Part shown: positions 39,948 through 49,759 of the stretch, in pieces | Layout: every line of letters begins with the position of its first letter | Position numbering within the stretch: the stretch's first letter is position 1 | Assembly (NCBI GenBank): GCA_938084565.1 | Contig: CALKEU010000007.1 | Location: 115,039 to 179,038 of the forward strand | Origin: Candidatus Kapaibacterium sp. | GTDB taxonomy: Bacteria > Bacteroidota > Ignavibacteria > Kapaibacteriales > HRBIN21 | DNA length: 64,000 bases | Direction of reading: 5' to 3' | Position numbers and translations under genes: made by a program | Notes under the pieces: model-generated | Seen by the model: the letters and a program-made list of their open reading frames with translations, nothing else | Told to the model about the DNA's origin: nothing | Database searches by the model: none

Positions 39948-41203
39948 GTGGCGATGTCACGCCGATAGGTCTTCCCCTCGAACTGAATGCACTCGGCAGC
40001 CGCATAGCAGCGCTGCCGTGCCTCCTCCAGGGTCGGCGCAACGGCAACCACGTGGAGCACCCGTCCCCCCGCTGTCCAGAGAGCCCCGTTCTCCCACCGT
40101 GTTCCAGCATGGAACAGCAGCACACCGTGCTGCATAGCCTCCTCCACCCCCGTGATCCGAAATCCCGTCCGATAAGCCTCCGGATACCCTGCCGAGGCAA
40201 GTACAACACAGCAGGCATGCTGCCTTGAAGGCGCGCGGAGAGCGCTCCGGGCAAGCCTTCCTACAGCCGCACTCCCCAACAATGTCAGCCAATCAGCTTC
40301 CGCTATCGGCAGAACCACCTGAGCTTCCGGATCCCCAAAGCGCACGTTGAATTCCAGGACATACGGCTCGTCCCCGACGATCATAAGCCCTGCATAGAGG
40401 CATCCTACGAAGGGGGTCCCGTATCGCTGCAGGGCTTGTATGGTCGGCTGCAGAATACGGTGGTGAATGCGCTCCAATAGGGACGGCCCTACCCACGGAA
40501 CGGGAGCATATGCGCCCATACCGCCGGTATTTTTGCCACGGTCGCCTTCCAGCGCCCGCTTGTAATCACGCGCAGGCGCCAGAACAACATATTCTGCCCC
40601 ATCGCAGAGTGCCAATATCGAGAGCTCTTCCCCGGCTAAATACTCCTCGACCACTACCGTCTCCCCCGCCTGACCGAGAACTCCCCCAAAGAGCCCCTCC
40701 AGAGCCGCAAGAGCCTCCTCCCGGGTCTGTGCTACCGTTACCCCCTTCCCCGCAGCGAGTCCACTCGCCTTAATGACGAGTGGCAGGGGATGGTTTTCCA
40801 CATAACGCAGCGCTGCTTCACGCTCAGCGACGGAGAAAACCCGATATTGCGCCGTTGGGATCCCATTGTCCTCCATGAAACGCTTCGCAAACGCCTTGGA
40901 AGCCTCCAGTTGCGCAGCCTTCCGGGAAGGGCCAAAGACAGCAATGCCATTGTCTCGCAAGACATCAGCAATGCCCTGACTCAACAGTTCCTCCGGGCCA
41001 ACGACCACCAGACGAATACGCTCTGCCGTACAAAAGCGCACAATCTCCCGCTGATCTGCCACCGGGATATCCACCGGTTCGGCAATCTCCCAAATCCCCG
41101 GATTCCCAGGGGCAACAAACAAGCGCGGACGCTCCGGCGAGCGAATGAGCGCCCACGCTAGCGCATGCTCTCGACCACCGCTACCAATGATGAGCACGCG
41201 CAT
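39944..41203 (-). CDS. purD: Phosphoribosylamine-glycine ligase
   Basis: GSGGREHA, VVGPE, GLAAGKGV, NTGGMGAY, EFNVRFGDPE, GGRVL. Confidence 0.96.
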   Translation of the reverse strand: MRVLIIGSGGREHALAWALIRSPERPRLFVAPGNPGIWEIAEPVDIPVADQREIVRFCTAERIRLVVVGPEELLSQGIADVLRDNGIAVFGPSRKAAQLEASKAFAKRFMEDNGIPTAQYRVFSVAEREAALRYVENHPLPLVIKASGLAAGKGVTVAQTREEALAALEGLFGGVLGQAGETVVVEEYLAGEELSILALCDGAEYVVLAPARDYKRALEGDRGKNTGGMGAYAPVPWVGPSLLERIHHRILQPTIQALQRYGTPFVGCLYAGLMIVGDEPYVLEFNVRFGDPEAQVVLPIAEADWLTLLGSAAVGRLARSALRAPSRQHACCVVLASAGYPEAYRTGFRITGVEEAMQHGVLLFHAGTRWENGALWTAGGRVLHVVAVAPTLEEARQRCYAAAECIQFEGKTYRRDIAT

Positions 41204-41223
41204 GGTTCCCCCTCACCGTGCTG

Positions 41224-41266
41224 AGAAATACAAATGGCGGCCTGCCCCGGAGGACAATGCCGCCAT
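41224..41266 (-). terminator. Probable intrinsic terminator after rpsD
   Basis: ATGGCGGC...GCCGCCAT stem (41234-41266) with inner pairing, followed by TTGTATTTCT on the minus strand. Confidence 0.6.
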
Positions 41267-41290
41267 CCCCGACGACCATTCGCAAGACGG

Positions 41291-41896
41291 CTACCGCGAG
41301 TAGAACTCCACCACCATCGGTACTTCGCAGATGACGGGAATTTCCTCCCGCGGTGGAAGGTAGAGCAGACGAGCGGAAAACTCCGCTTTGGAGACCTCAA
41401 TATACGGCGGGGCCTGCCCCGCTTGCCGTAGGGCTTCTTGAATGTCAGGAATACGCCGACTCTTCTCCCGTACCCGAACCACATCCCCGACCGAGAGCTG
41501 GTACGACGGGATATTAACCCGCCGCCCATTGACCTCAATGTGGCCATGGCGAACGTATTGGCGAGCAGCATAGATGGTTCGCGCAAAACCAGCTCTCAGC
41601 ACAAAAGCATCAAGCCGCCGTTCGAGCAGCTGAATCAGATTGTCAGCCGTATTGCCAGGCATACGACTTGCCTCCTCGTAGTAGCGTCGGAGCTGCCGCT
41701 CGTGAATGTTGTACTGAAAGCGCAAACGCTGCTTCTCCAAGAGCTGACGCCCGTAGTCGGAAAGCTTTGCCCGCCGCTTCTCGGGCCCATGCTGCCCTGG
41801 CGGGTACGGCTTCCGTTCCATGTACTTCTGCGCCTTGGGCGTCAGTGCAATTCCGAGCTTGCGCGAAAGCTTGACCTTGGGACCTGTGTACTTCAT
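41291..41896 (-). CDS. rpsD: 30S ribosomal protein S4 (no zinc-finger cysteines)
   Basis: YTGPKVK, PPGQHG, SDYG..EKQ, LERRLD, ARQ..HGHI, VVEFYSR. Confidence 0.96.
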   Translation of the reverse strand: MKYTGPKVKLSRKLGIALTPKAQKYMERKPYPPGQHGPEKRRAKLSDYGRQLLEKQRLRFQYNIHERQLRRYYEEASRMPGNTADNLIQLLERRLDAFVLRAGFARTIYAARQYVRHGHIEVNGRRVNIPSYQLSVGDVVRVREKSRRIPDIQEALRQAGQAPPYIEVSKAEFSARLLYLPPREEIPVICEVPMVVEFYSR

Positions 41897-41928
41897 GCTC
41901 TCAGCACCGCTGCACAACCAATGGTGCG

Positions 41929-41936
41929 CAAAAATA
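41929..41936 (-). promoter_or_regulatory. Putative TAnnTTTG promoter element
   Basis: TATTTTTG about 33 nt upstream of rpsD. Confidence 0.6.
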
Positions 41937-41963
41937 GGAAGCTCTCCTCACATGGCTAACCCC

Positions 41964-42572
41964 TCAGCGTCGTGCATGGTGCAGAGCCACTTTGAGGAGC
42001 TCTTCCGTCGTATGAATATGCTCGGCTCCGTGCTGTGCGAGCGCTTCACGGAGCATTTTCTCTGCTTCGCTCCGGCTATAGCCCAAGGCCATCAGTGCAG
42101 AGAGAGCTTCTCGCCGCATCAGGGATGGAATGCTGCTGATCTCCTCTTCCTCGACGAGCCGAATCCGCTCTCGGAGCTCCACGACCATGCGCTCGGCCGT
42201 CTTGCGCCCTATCCCGGGAAGCCGCTGGAGCGCTGCAACATCCCCCCGGAGAATACTCTCCCGGAGTTCAGCAATGGAAGCAGCAGAGAGGAGCCCAAGT
42301 GCCGTCTTCGCCCCAATGCCTGAGACACTCCGCAACAGCTCAAACAGCGTACTCTCGGCCTCCGTCAGGAAGCCAAAGAGCACCGCCTCAATCCGTCCCC
42401 CAGGGCCTTGGTACAGCTCCAGCACTGTCCACAGGCGGATGCGCTGCCCGGAGCTTGACAGGCGCTGCCGTGTGCTCTCGGGCACCATGACACGTAGTCC
42501 AATCCCACCGCAGTTGAGTACCACCTCCCCTTCACCGCATCGGACAATTTCGCCCTCAATGAAGGACACCAT
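41964..42572 (-). CDS. ruvA: Holliday junction branch migration protein
   Basis: LFGF..E..LF, VSGIGAKTA, PGIGRKTAERMVVEL, ALMALGY. Confidence 0.94.
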   Translation of the reverse strand: MVSFIEGEIVRCGEGEVVLNCGGIGLRVMVPESTRQRLSSSGQRIRLWTVLELYQGPGGRIEAVLFGFLTEAESTLFELLRSVSGIGAKTALGLLSAASIAELRESILRGDVAALQRLPGIGRKTAERMVVELRERIRLVEEEEISSIPSLMRREALSALMALGYSRSEAEKMLREALAQHGAEHIHTTEELLKVALHHARR

Positions 42573-42583
42573 TCCAAGCAGAG

Positions 42584-43474
42584 TTAGAGCTGCTGAAGGC
42601 GCTTGAGTGCCCGAGGGGCAAATTCGCTCGTTGGAAAGCGCTGGACGAGGGTCTGGAAGTACTGTCGTGCGCGTTCGCGGTCACCCTGCCGGAGGTAGCT
42701 CTCGGCCAATAGAGCATATGCTGCTGCCGCCTTCGGGGCCGCCGAGTGCTGAATGACCGCCTGGAGCTCTGTAATGGCTTGCCCGTATTGGCCTTGCCGG
42801 AAAGCAATATCTCCACGCCAGTAATGGGCGTTGCTCAGCAACACCGGATCCTTAGCTTCCTTGACAACACGCTCGAGCAGCTCCCATGCATTGCCGTACT
42901 CCTGGCGCGCAATGTGCTGTAATGCTTTCGTGTACTGCTGCAGCACAGCCGCATTGGAGAGAGCACCTCCAGCAGTTGCCTTGCCTTCAGGAGGATGCTC
43001 TGCCACTGTTTTTGCACTCGTTTTCTCGCCAGCAGTCGCATGCGCACGTGTACGGACGGTCTTACCTCTTCCCCTTGTCCCCCGATACTCTCGGCGAGTC
43101 AATGCAGTCGAGGGCGTGTCCGAGCGCAGAGCATTCAGCCCTTGAGCCAGCTCGGCCAGCTCTGCTACCATGAGCCCCATGCGTTGAATATCTTGCTGCA
43201 TCTGCTCCAGTGTCTCTCGCATCTTGTTCTGCTCTGTCGAAAGTTGGTCTAGGGCTTCTCGCAAGGTCGGAAGCCGCCGGGCTGGGAGCCCAGCAACCGC
43301 CGTGTCTGCGGCTGTACGTCCTAGGCTATCCCCTGCCTCGCGCATCTGAGGCTGCAGGCCCGCCAATTGCTGCTCCAATACCATCAGCGGTGGTACCGCC
43401 CGTTCCATCGGGCGCATGGACCCACAGCCTAGAGCCCCAACACCCACCACCAGTACCCAATACCACACCATCAC
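42584..43474 (-). CDS. Coiled-coil/TPR lipoprotein (CpoB/YbgF-like)
   Basis: Lipobox ALGC, coiled coil, TPRs (NAHYWRGD..FPTSEFA). Confidence 0.65.
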   Translation of the reverse strand: MMVWYWVLVVGVGALGCGSMRPMERAVPPLMVLEQQLAGLQPQMREAGDSLGRTAADTAVAGLPARRLPTLREALDQLSTEQNKMRETLEQMQQDIQRMGLMVAELAELAQGLNALRSDTPSTALTRREYRGTRGRGKTVRTRAHATAGEKTSAKTVAEHPPEGKATAGGALSNAAVLQQYTKALQHIARQEYGNAWELLERVVKEAKDPVLLSNAHYWRGDIAFRQGQYGQAITELQAVIQHSAAPKAAAAYALLAESYLRQGDRERARQYFQTLVQRFPTSEFAPRALKRLQQL

Positions 43475-43519
43475 GACCGTACTACGTGCAAGCTCCGTGC
43501 CACCTGCAGACAGCCTCCA

Positions 43520-44668
43520 TCACGGGCTCCCATAGGGCTTCTCCATGTAGCGACGGGCCTCTTCGTGCGAATTCTGTACATTCCGCCACGAGAGGACCTT
43601 GCGATATTGCATCAGTGCCAGCTCGCGCTTGCCCTGCAGATCGTAGATGTTGCCAATCTTGAGATTGACCTTGACCATAAAGCCGGAGGGATCCTCATCG
43701 AGCACCCGGCTGAGCTCGTCACACTTGTAAAAGTAGCGTAGAGCCTCCTCGTACTCTCCACGTTGCATGAGAGCAAGCCCGACGTAGTAGAGCGCCTCAC
43801 GCGCGGTCAGCTCTTCGTAGCCTGGCCACTTTTCAATGGAGCGGCGCAGAATTTCCCGCCACGTCTCCTCCATCTTCTCTTGAACACCCAGGCGGACATA
43901 GCACCGCCCCAGATAGCGATGGAAGTACGGGTTACGTGGGTATTGCTGCATGAGCTCTTCAGCGACCGCAAGCGCTTCAGGGATATTCTGCTCGAAGTCG
44001 TAGAGGATCTGGAGCAGTACCACCCGAGCTTCCGTAGCAGCGTAACGGGCATGGCGAGCAGAAGCTCGTAATTGAGCAATGCCTAATTCCTTATCCCCCG
44101 GCGGCAAGAAGAGCAGCAGCGGGCGCAGAATCGGATACATCTCCGGCAGTTTGACGGCATAGTAGTTGTAAAGACCCGTCCCGAGCAGCACATCGTAGTT
44201 TGTCGGCGCTAGACGCTGAACACGCATGAGAATATCGAAGCCCTCTCGTCCATCATTTGCGGCACGGATCCAACTTTCCCGCATTGCATAGAAGCGCCCT
44301 CGGTAGCCCAGTGCCCCTCCTCGGAAGAAGAGTCCAACGATGTCGTAGGGATTCTGCTCCAACAGGGGCTTGCAGACCTCGAGCACACGCTGGATCTTGT
44401 CGAGAAACTCCTCATCGTAGGCTCGCGACCGCCGGTTCGTCAGAATCTTCCACCACGCTACCATGGCTTCCATGAAGTACCCTGCCGGATGCGCAGGGTA
44501 GCGGGCGATGAGCTCTCGAAAGTAGGTCTCGGCACTGTCGAACTGCAAGTTGTAGATGTAAAAAATGCCCTGCCGCACGAGGCTGTCGGCATCCTCCCGC
44601 ATGAGCACCCACTGCGCTCGGGCGCTGAGCACACCCCCGCCGAAGAGCAGCAGCGCTATGAGCACCAT
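43520..44668 (-). CDS. Exported TPR-repeat protein
   Basis: Signal peptide, multiple TPR-like helices, SD GGAGG. Confidence 0.7.
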   Translation of the reverse strand: MVLIALLLFGGGVLSARAQWVLMREDADSLVRQGIFYIYNLQFDSAETYFRELIARYPAHPAGYFMEAMVAWWKILTNRRSRAYDEEFLDKIQRVLEVCKPLLEQNPYDIVGLFFRGGALGYRGRFYAMRESWIRAANDGREGFDILMRVQRLAPTNYDVLLGTGLYNYYAVKLPEMYPILRPLLLFLPPGDKELGIAQLRASARHARYAATEARVVLLQILYDFEQNIPEALAVAEELMQQYPRNPYFHRYLGRCYVRLGVQEKMEETWREILRRSIEKWPGYEELTAREALYYVGLALMQRGEYEEALRYFYKCDELSRVLDEDPSGFMVKVNLKIGNIYDLQGKRELALMQYRKVLSWRNVQNSHEEARRYMEKPYGSP

Positions 44669-44759
44669 CGCAAAACCCCTCCTTTGCTTGGGCCAAAAGA
44701 CGAATAACTCTCCCTCTTCCACACCCCGCATCCCCCCTCCTTCCCCGAAGGCCTTCTAC

Positions 44760-46301
44760 TTACGGAACGGCCATCGACTGCAGTTTGCGCCCCTGTTGAG
44801 CAATTCGCCAAACCACACGAGCTGCCAGGAGCGCAACCCGAGAAAGCTTGTCGTAATTGAGCCGATCGGCATGATCGCTCGGACGGTGGTAGTCCTCGTG
44901 GAGCCCTGTAAAGAAGAAGGCCGCAGGGATACCGCGGCTGACAAATACGGCATGGTCGCTAGCTCCCCACACATCCCTCTGCGCCTCCTGCCCTAGCAGG
45001 AAGGGAAGAGTAAGTCGCTGGTTCTCCTGCTCGACGAGTCGCCGCAACCACTCCTCCGAGACGCCTACCGAGAGGGAATCGGGATGATTGCGCCCGATCA
45101 TGTCCAAGTTCACCATAGCCAAACAGCTGTCCAACGGGAGCGGTGGAGCCGCAACGAAAGCACGCGATCCCAGCAATCCCCTCTCTTCGCCGCTAAAGGC
45201 AACAAAGACAATGCTCCGCTCTGGTGCCCGCCTCCATTGGCTTAGAGCACGAGCCATGAGCAATAGTCCAGCCGTTCCCGATGCATTGTCATCGGCTCCG
45301 TTGTAAATCGAATCTGCACTGTTCGCAGAAGCCATGACGCCAACATGGTCGAAGTGCGCTCCAACGAGTACATACTCCCCCGGAAAGCGCCGCCCCGGCA
45401 GGAGAGCAACAACGTTGGGGACCGACACTCGCTCCCTTTCTTCAAAAGCGACAGCAAGGTCCACCCGCACATCCGGAATTGGCTCTACGAGGGGATGCGT
45501 AAGAGTATCGGCCCGACGGAGGCGCTCACGCAGGGCTTCAATACTGCCTAACGCTGCCTCAATGACTTCCTGCCCAACGCTGTACATGACTGGAACCATC
45601 GTATCAGGGATGGCAAGCTGCCAGGGCAAGCTCTGCACCAGAGGGCTCGAGCTCAAAGCAGGCCACGGAAATCGCTGAGGGCGCAAACCTCGCTGCGCCT
45701 CGGGGTGGTCGCTCAAGAGAATCCCCACGACACCGTATCGACGCAACTGCCGTGCAATAGTTCTCAGAGGCGCGTACCAGCCTGTCGTTCGCATAGTATC
45801 GGTACGCCGACTGCGGATGAGGAGGACAACACTGCCCTGTAGGTATGAAGCCCAGCCCTCAAGGTAGGCCGTATCCAGCCTCTCTCCTCCTATGAGGATG
45901 AGTGGGGCATTCTCCTGCCGTCCAGCTCCCGTCATGCTGTGCGGAACGGCCTGCTGCGGAATTCTTGCCTCCCAGGAGGCAGGCCCCTTCCGGATACGCA
46001 CGAAGAGGCTGTCTGGAGCCAGATCCCGGCGTACCAGCTCATATTCGTACCAGTAGCTTTTCCCCACGGGTTGAAGTCCCCAACGCTGGAAGGCATCGGC
46101 AATGTATTGAGCGGCTCGGAGAAGCTCAGGGCTCGGTGTAGCACGCCCGCGAAGTTCGTCGGAGGCGAGAAACTCTACATACTGCCGGGCGCTCTCCGGC
46201 GCAAATTCTCGAGCAAGCGGACGGGGAAGCTCCAGTGAGCTACACCCAAGTCCACTGAGGCTACACAGGATCAGCAGAATCCGGACACCGTGCGAGTCCA
46301 T
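44760..46301 (-). CDS. M28-family peptidase with PA insert (lipoprotein)
   Basis: GAHFDH, NGADDNASG, GEERGLLGS, NLDMIG, SDH, YHRPSD. Confidence 0.9.
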   Translation of the reverse strand: MDSHGVRILLILCSLSGLGCSSLELPRPLAREFAPESARQYVEFLASDELRGRATPSPELLRAAQYIADAFQRWGLQPVGKSYWYEYELVRRDLAPDSLFVRIRKGPASWEARIPQQAVPHSMTGAGRQENAPLILIGGERLDTAYLEGWASYLQGSVVLLIRSRRTDTMRTTGWYAPLRTIARQLRRYGVVGILLSDHPEAQRGLRPQRFPWPALSSSPLVQSLPWQLAIPDTMVPVMYSVGQEVIEAALGSIEALRERLRRADTLTHPLVEPIPDVRVDLAVAFEERERVSVPNVVALLPGRRFPGEYVLVGAHFDHVGVMASANSADSIYNGADDNASGTAGLLLMARALSQWRRAPERSIVFVAFSGEERGLLGSRAFVAAPPLPLDSCLAMVNLDMIGRNHPDSLSVGVSEEWLRRLVEQENQRLTLPFLLGQEAQRDVWGASDHAVFVSRGIPAAFFFTGLHEDYHRPSDHADRLNYDKLSRVALLAARVVWRIAQQGRKLQSMAVP

Positions 46302-46309
46302 CGAACACT

Positions 46310-49300
46310 TCAAGCCTGAAGCCACAGACGAACCCGCCCCTCTGGAACCGCTTGCGCAAGTTCACGAAAGCCCTCCAGAGAAAGCTCAACCCCGACGTGC
46401 GGCACACGGTAGGCACGTACAGGAGCTCCTTGCTCATACAGGCAGATCAGCACCGGACATCCCCCAAGTCCGCGCTCCCGGAGACGATGCAGGCGCTGAA
46501 TGCTCTCCACCACCTCTTTCGTCAGGGGAAGCTCAATGCGGAATCCCTGAGCCAGACGCCGGAGCCCTCGCTCGAGCGGCTCTGCCTGGGCTACGATCAA
46601 GCGTGGGATCCCTTCACGGGTTTCCAGCCGACCGCTCAGAAGCACAAGTTCCCCCTCCTGCAGACACGATTCGGCCTGATTCAGCACCGTATGCCAGAAG
46701 ACCGCCTCGGCCTGCCCGCTCCAATCCTCAACGAGAGCAAAGGCAATGGGGCGTCGCTGCCGGTCGCGGCGACGCTCTACCGACACAATAACAGCCGCTA
46801 CCGAGAGTGGGCCTCCATTGGAGACCTCTCCCATCTGCTGGAGTTGTGCAATAGGCACGACCACTCCTTCCAGGAGCGGCTCGTATTCCTGCAGTGGATG
46901 GGCGCTCAGGTAGAAACCGAGCACCTCGCGTTCGCGCTGCAGCTGCTCTCGTAAGCTCCATGGAGCAACCGATGGGAGCTCGGGCTCTGTCAGGGCAATC
47001 TCTGGCGCACCGAAGAGATTCTCCATCGAAGGAGAGCTCTCACTATTGCGGGCATATTCCAGAGCTTGCCCGACGGCGGCCATCAGCTGTGCTCGGTGTC
47101 CACAGCGGAGCCCATCGAAAGCCCCTGCAGCAATCAGAGCTTCCAGCGCTCGCCGATTGAGGATGCGCGGATCGGTCCGGCGCACCAGATCGAAGAGGGA
47201 GCGGAAGGGCCCCTGCTGCCGCGCCCGCACAAGCTCCTCCGCCGCTGCCATCCCAACGTTCTTGATACCCGCTAACCCGAAGGAGATCCGCTGCGCATCC
47301 AGTGCTTGAAAGGTTGCCTGCGAGCTGTTTACATCCGGAGCTAACACCGTGATGCCGAAAGCTTTGGCCTCACGCACAAATTGCACCAACTTCTCCTGGT
47401 GCGCTATCTCCGCCGTCATGGTGGCAGCGAGGAATTCAGCCGTAAAGTGGGCCTTCAGATAGGCCGTCTGATAAGCCAGGTAAGCGTAAGCGAGCGCATG
47501 GGACTTGTTGAAGCCATAGGAGGCAAAGCGCTCGATGAGGGCGAAGATCGCCTCGGCAACCTCCGGCGGGATGCCTCTGCGCACAGCCCCATCGATGAAG
47601 GCCTGCCGCTGCTGCTGCATGAGCTGCTGGTCTTTCTTGCCCATGGCACGGCGCATCAGATCGGCCTGCGCCAGCGAAAAGCCAGCTATGACCTGCGCCA
47701 GCTGCATAACCTGCTCTTGGTAGATGATGATGCCGTAAGTCGTCCGCAGAAGGGGCTCCATGAGTGGATGCAGATACTCTATCGGCTTGCGCCCATGTTT
47801 GCGGGCGATGAACTCGGGGATGTACTCCATCGGCCCCGGGCGGTTGAGAGCATTGAGAGCCACTAAATCCTCGAGCGAATTCGGCCGCAACTGCCGAAGA
47901 GCCTCCTGCATGGTCTCGGATTCAAATTGGAAAATGCCCAGCGTGCGCCCACTGCTTAGGAACTCGTACGTTGTGGCATCGTGCAAATCCACCGTGTCGA
48001 TGGCTACCTCAACGCCGCGCGTGCGACGTACCATCTCGACAGTGTTGTCAATGATTGAGAGCGTCCTCAGCCCGAGGAAATCCATCTTGAGCAAGCCGGC
48101 ATCTTCGAGCTCACGCATGGCATATTGGGTGACAACTTCCCCGCTGGGGGCACGGCACAGCGGAACGTAGTCGCTGACTGGCCCTGGGGCAATGACAACA
48201 CCGGCTGCATGCACAGAAATATTGCGGCAAAAGCCTTCCAGAGCAAGCGAGAACTCCACCAACTGACGCAGTTTGGGATCCTCTGCCTCCCGCACCCACT
48301 GCAGATCGGGCAGCTGAAGCGCCTCCTCTAAGGGAATGGGCTTGCCGAGCACTACAGGGATCTTCTCGGTGATGGAGTTCAGCAGCGAGATCGGAAGCCC
48401 GAGGACCCGCCCTACATCCTTGATCACGGCCCGGCTCGAAAGCGTGCCAAAGGTGATAATCTGGGCAACCGATTCCTCCCCGTAGCGCCGGCGGACATAC
48501 TCGATGACCAAGTCACGCTTGTCATCGCTGAAGTCTACATCGATATCGGGAAGCGAGACCCGCTCAGGGTTCAGGAAGCGCTCGAAGAGCAAGCCATACG
48601 GCAGCGGGTCAATACTGGTGATACCGAGTGCATATGCCACAAGGCTCCCCACCACAGAGCCCCGTCCAGGCCCAACCCGTATCCCCATTCGGCGAGCAGC
48701 AGCAATGAAGTCCTGTACAATGAGGAAGTAGCCAGCAAAGCCCATACGCGTGATGACCTCGAGCTCGTAACGGGCTCGTTCAGCCACATCTACCGGGATG
48801 GGGTCCCCATAGCGCTCTCGCAATCCACGCCAGACGAGCTGGGTTAAGTACTCCTCCAGCGTGCTGACCCCTGCATCGGGCGGAATGGGGAAGTGGGGCA
48901 TGTGCAGTGTAGGAGTCAGCTCAAGAGTGCATTTTTCTGCCACCTCCAGCGTTTGCGCAAGAGCATCCCAGTGCTGCGGGAATAGTCGGGCCATTTCAGC
49001 GGCCGTCTTCACGTACATTTCCGGCTGGCGATAGCGTAGCTGCGTAATGTCGACCGCCCGCCGCAGGGAGCTTACATCGCGGATGTGAAGCAGCACATTG
49101 TGTGCCAGCGCATGCTCTCTGCGGATGTAATGGCAATCGTTTGTCACCACCATTGGAATGCCCAGTTCCCGAGCAATGCGGGGCACATAGGTCAGCACTG
49201 CCTCATCTTCGGGCAAATTGTGCCACTGCAACTCGAGATAGAAGTCCTCGCCGAAGAGCTCCCGATACTGGGCCGCCGCCCGATAGGCACTTTGGTAGTC

Positions 49301-49759
49301 CCCGGCTACCAGATGGGCGTTGACAACCCCAACCAAGCAGCCCGAGAGCGCAATGAGTCCTTCGTGATAGCGCTCGAGCAGTTCCCAATCAATCCGCGGC
49401 CGGTAGTAATAGCCCTCTAGGTGGGCGAGGGTCACCAGTTTGATGAGATTCCGGTAGCCCTGTTCGTTCTTGGCCAACAGCACCAGATGATAGTAGTTGC
49501 GCTGTTTCGGCAGGGGGCGGTCGAAGCGACTCCCCACGGCCATATAGACCTCACATCCGATGATGGGCTTGATACCGGCGGCCTTCGCCTCTTTGTAGAA
49601 CTCCAGGCACCCGAACATGACGCCGTGATCCGTCAGCGCCACGGCTGGTTGCTCATCGGCCGCGACGGCCTGCACGAGCTGCCGCGGCGTGCAAGCCCCA
49701 TCGAGAATGGAGTAGTGCGTGTGGTTATGCAAATGGACAAAGGGCACAGAGGCACTCAT
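46310..49759 (-). CDS. dnaE: DNA polymerase III alpha subunit
   Basis: HLHNHTHYS PHP domain, GRGS, PDIDVD, KMDFLGL, YGFNKSH, OB fold. Confidence 0.97.
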   Translation of the reverse strand: MSASVPFVHLHNHTHYSILDGACTPRQLVQAVAADEQPAVALTDHGVMFGCLEFYKEAKAAGIKPIIGCEVYMAVGSRFDRPLPKQRNYYHLVLLAKNEQGYRNLIKLVTLAHLEGYYYRPRIDWELLERYHEGLIALSGCLVGVVNAHLVAGDYQSAYRAAAQYRELFGEDFYLELQWHNLPEDEAVLTYVPRIARELGIPMVVTNDCHYIRREHALAHNVLLHIRDVSSLRRAVDITQLRYRQPEMYVKTAAEMARLFPQHWDALAQTLEVAEKCTLELTPTLHMPHFPIPPDAGVSTLEEYLTQLVWRGLRERYGDPIPVDVAERARYELEVITRMGFAGYFLIVQDFIAAARRMGIRVGPGRGSVVGSLVAYALGITSIDPLPYGLLFERFLNPERVSLPDIDVDFSDDKRDLVIEYVRRRYGEESVAQIITFGTLSSRAVIKDVGRVLGLPISLLNSITEKIPVVLGKPIPLEEALQLPDLQWVREAEDPKLRQLVEFSLALEGFCRNISVHAAGVVIAPGPVSDYVPLCRAPSGEVVTQYAMRELEDAGLLKMDFLGLRTLSIIDNTVEMVRRTRGVEVAIDTVDLHDATTYEFLSSGRTLGIFQFESETMQEALRQLRPNSLEDLVALNALNRPGPMEYIPEFIARKHGRKPIEYLHPLMEPLLRTTYGIIIYQEQVMQLAQVIAGFSLAQADLMRRAMGKKDQQLMQQQRQAFIDGAVRRGIPPEVAEAIFALIERFASYGFNKSHALAYAYLAYQTAYLKAHFTAEFLAATMTAEIAHQEKLVQFVREAKAFGITVLAPDVNSSQATFQALDAQRISFGLAGIKNVGMAAAEELVRARQQGPFRSLFDLVRRTDPRILNRRALEALIAAGAFDGLRCGHRAQLMAAVGQALEYARNSESSPSMENLFGAPEIALTEPELPSVAPWSLREQLQREREVLGFYLSAHPLQEYEPLLEGVVVPIAQLQQMGEVSNGGPLSVAAVIVSVERRRDRQRRPIAFALVEDWSGQAEAVFWHTVLNQAESCLQEGELVLLSGRLETREGIPRLIVAQAEPLERGLRRLAQGFRIELPLTKEVVESIQRLHRLRERGLGGCPVLICLYEQGAPVRAYRVPHVGVELSLEGFRELAQAVPEGRVRLWLQA

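Noticed and set aside
46310..49759. Intein in dnaE
   Set aside because: Normal length and an uninterrupted YGFNKSH motif.
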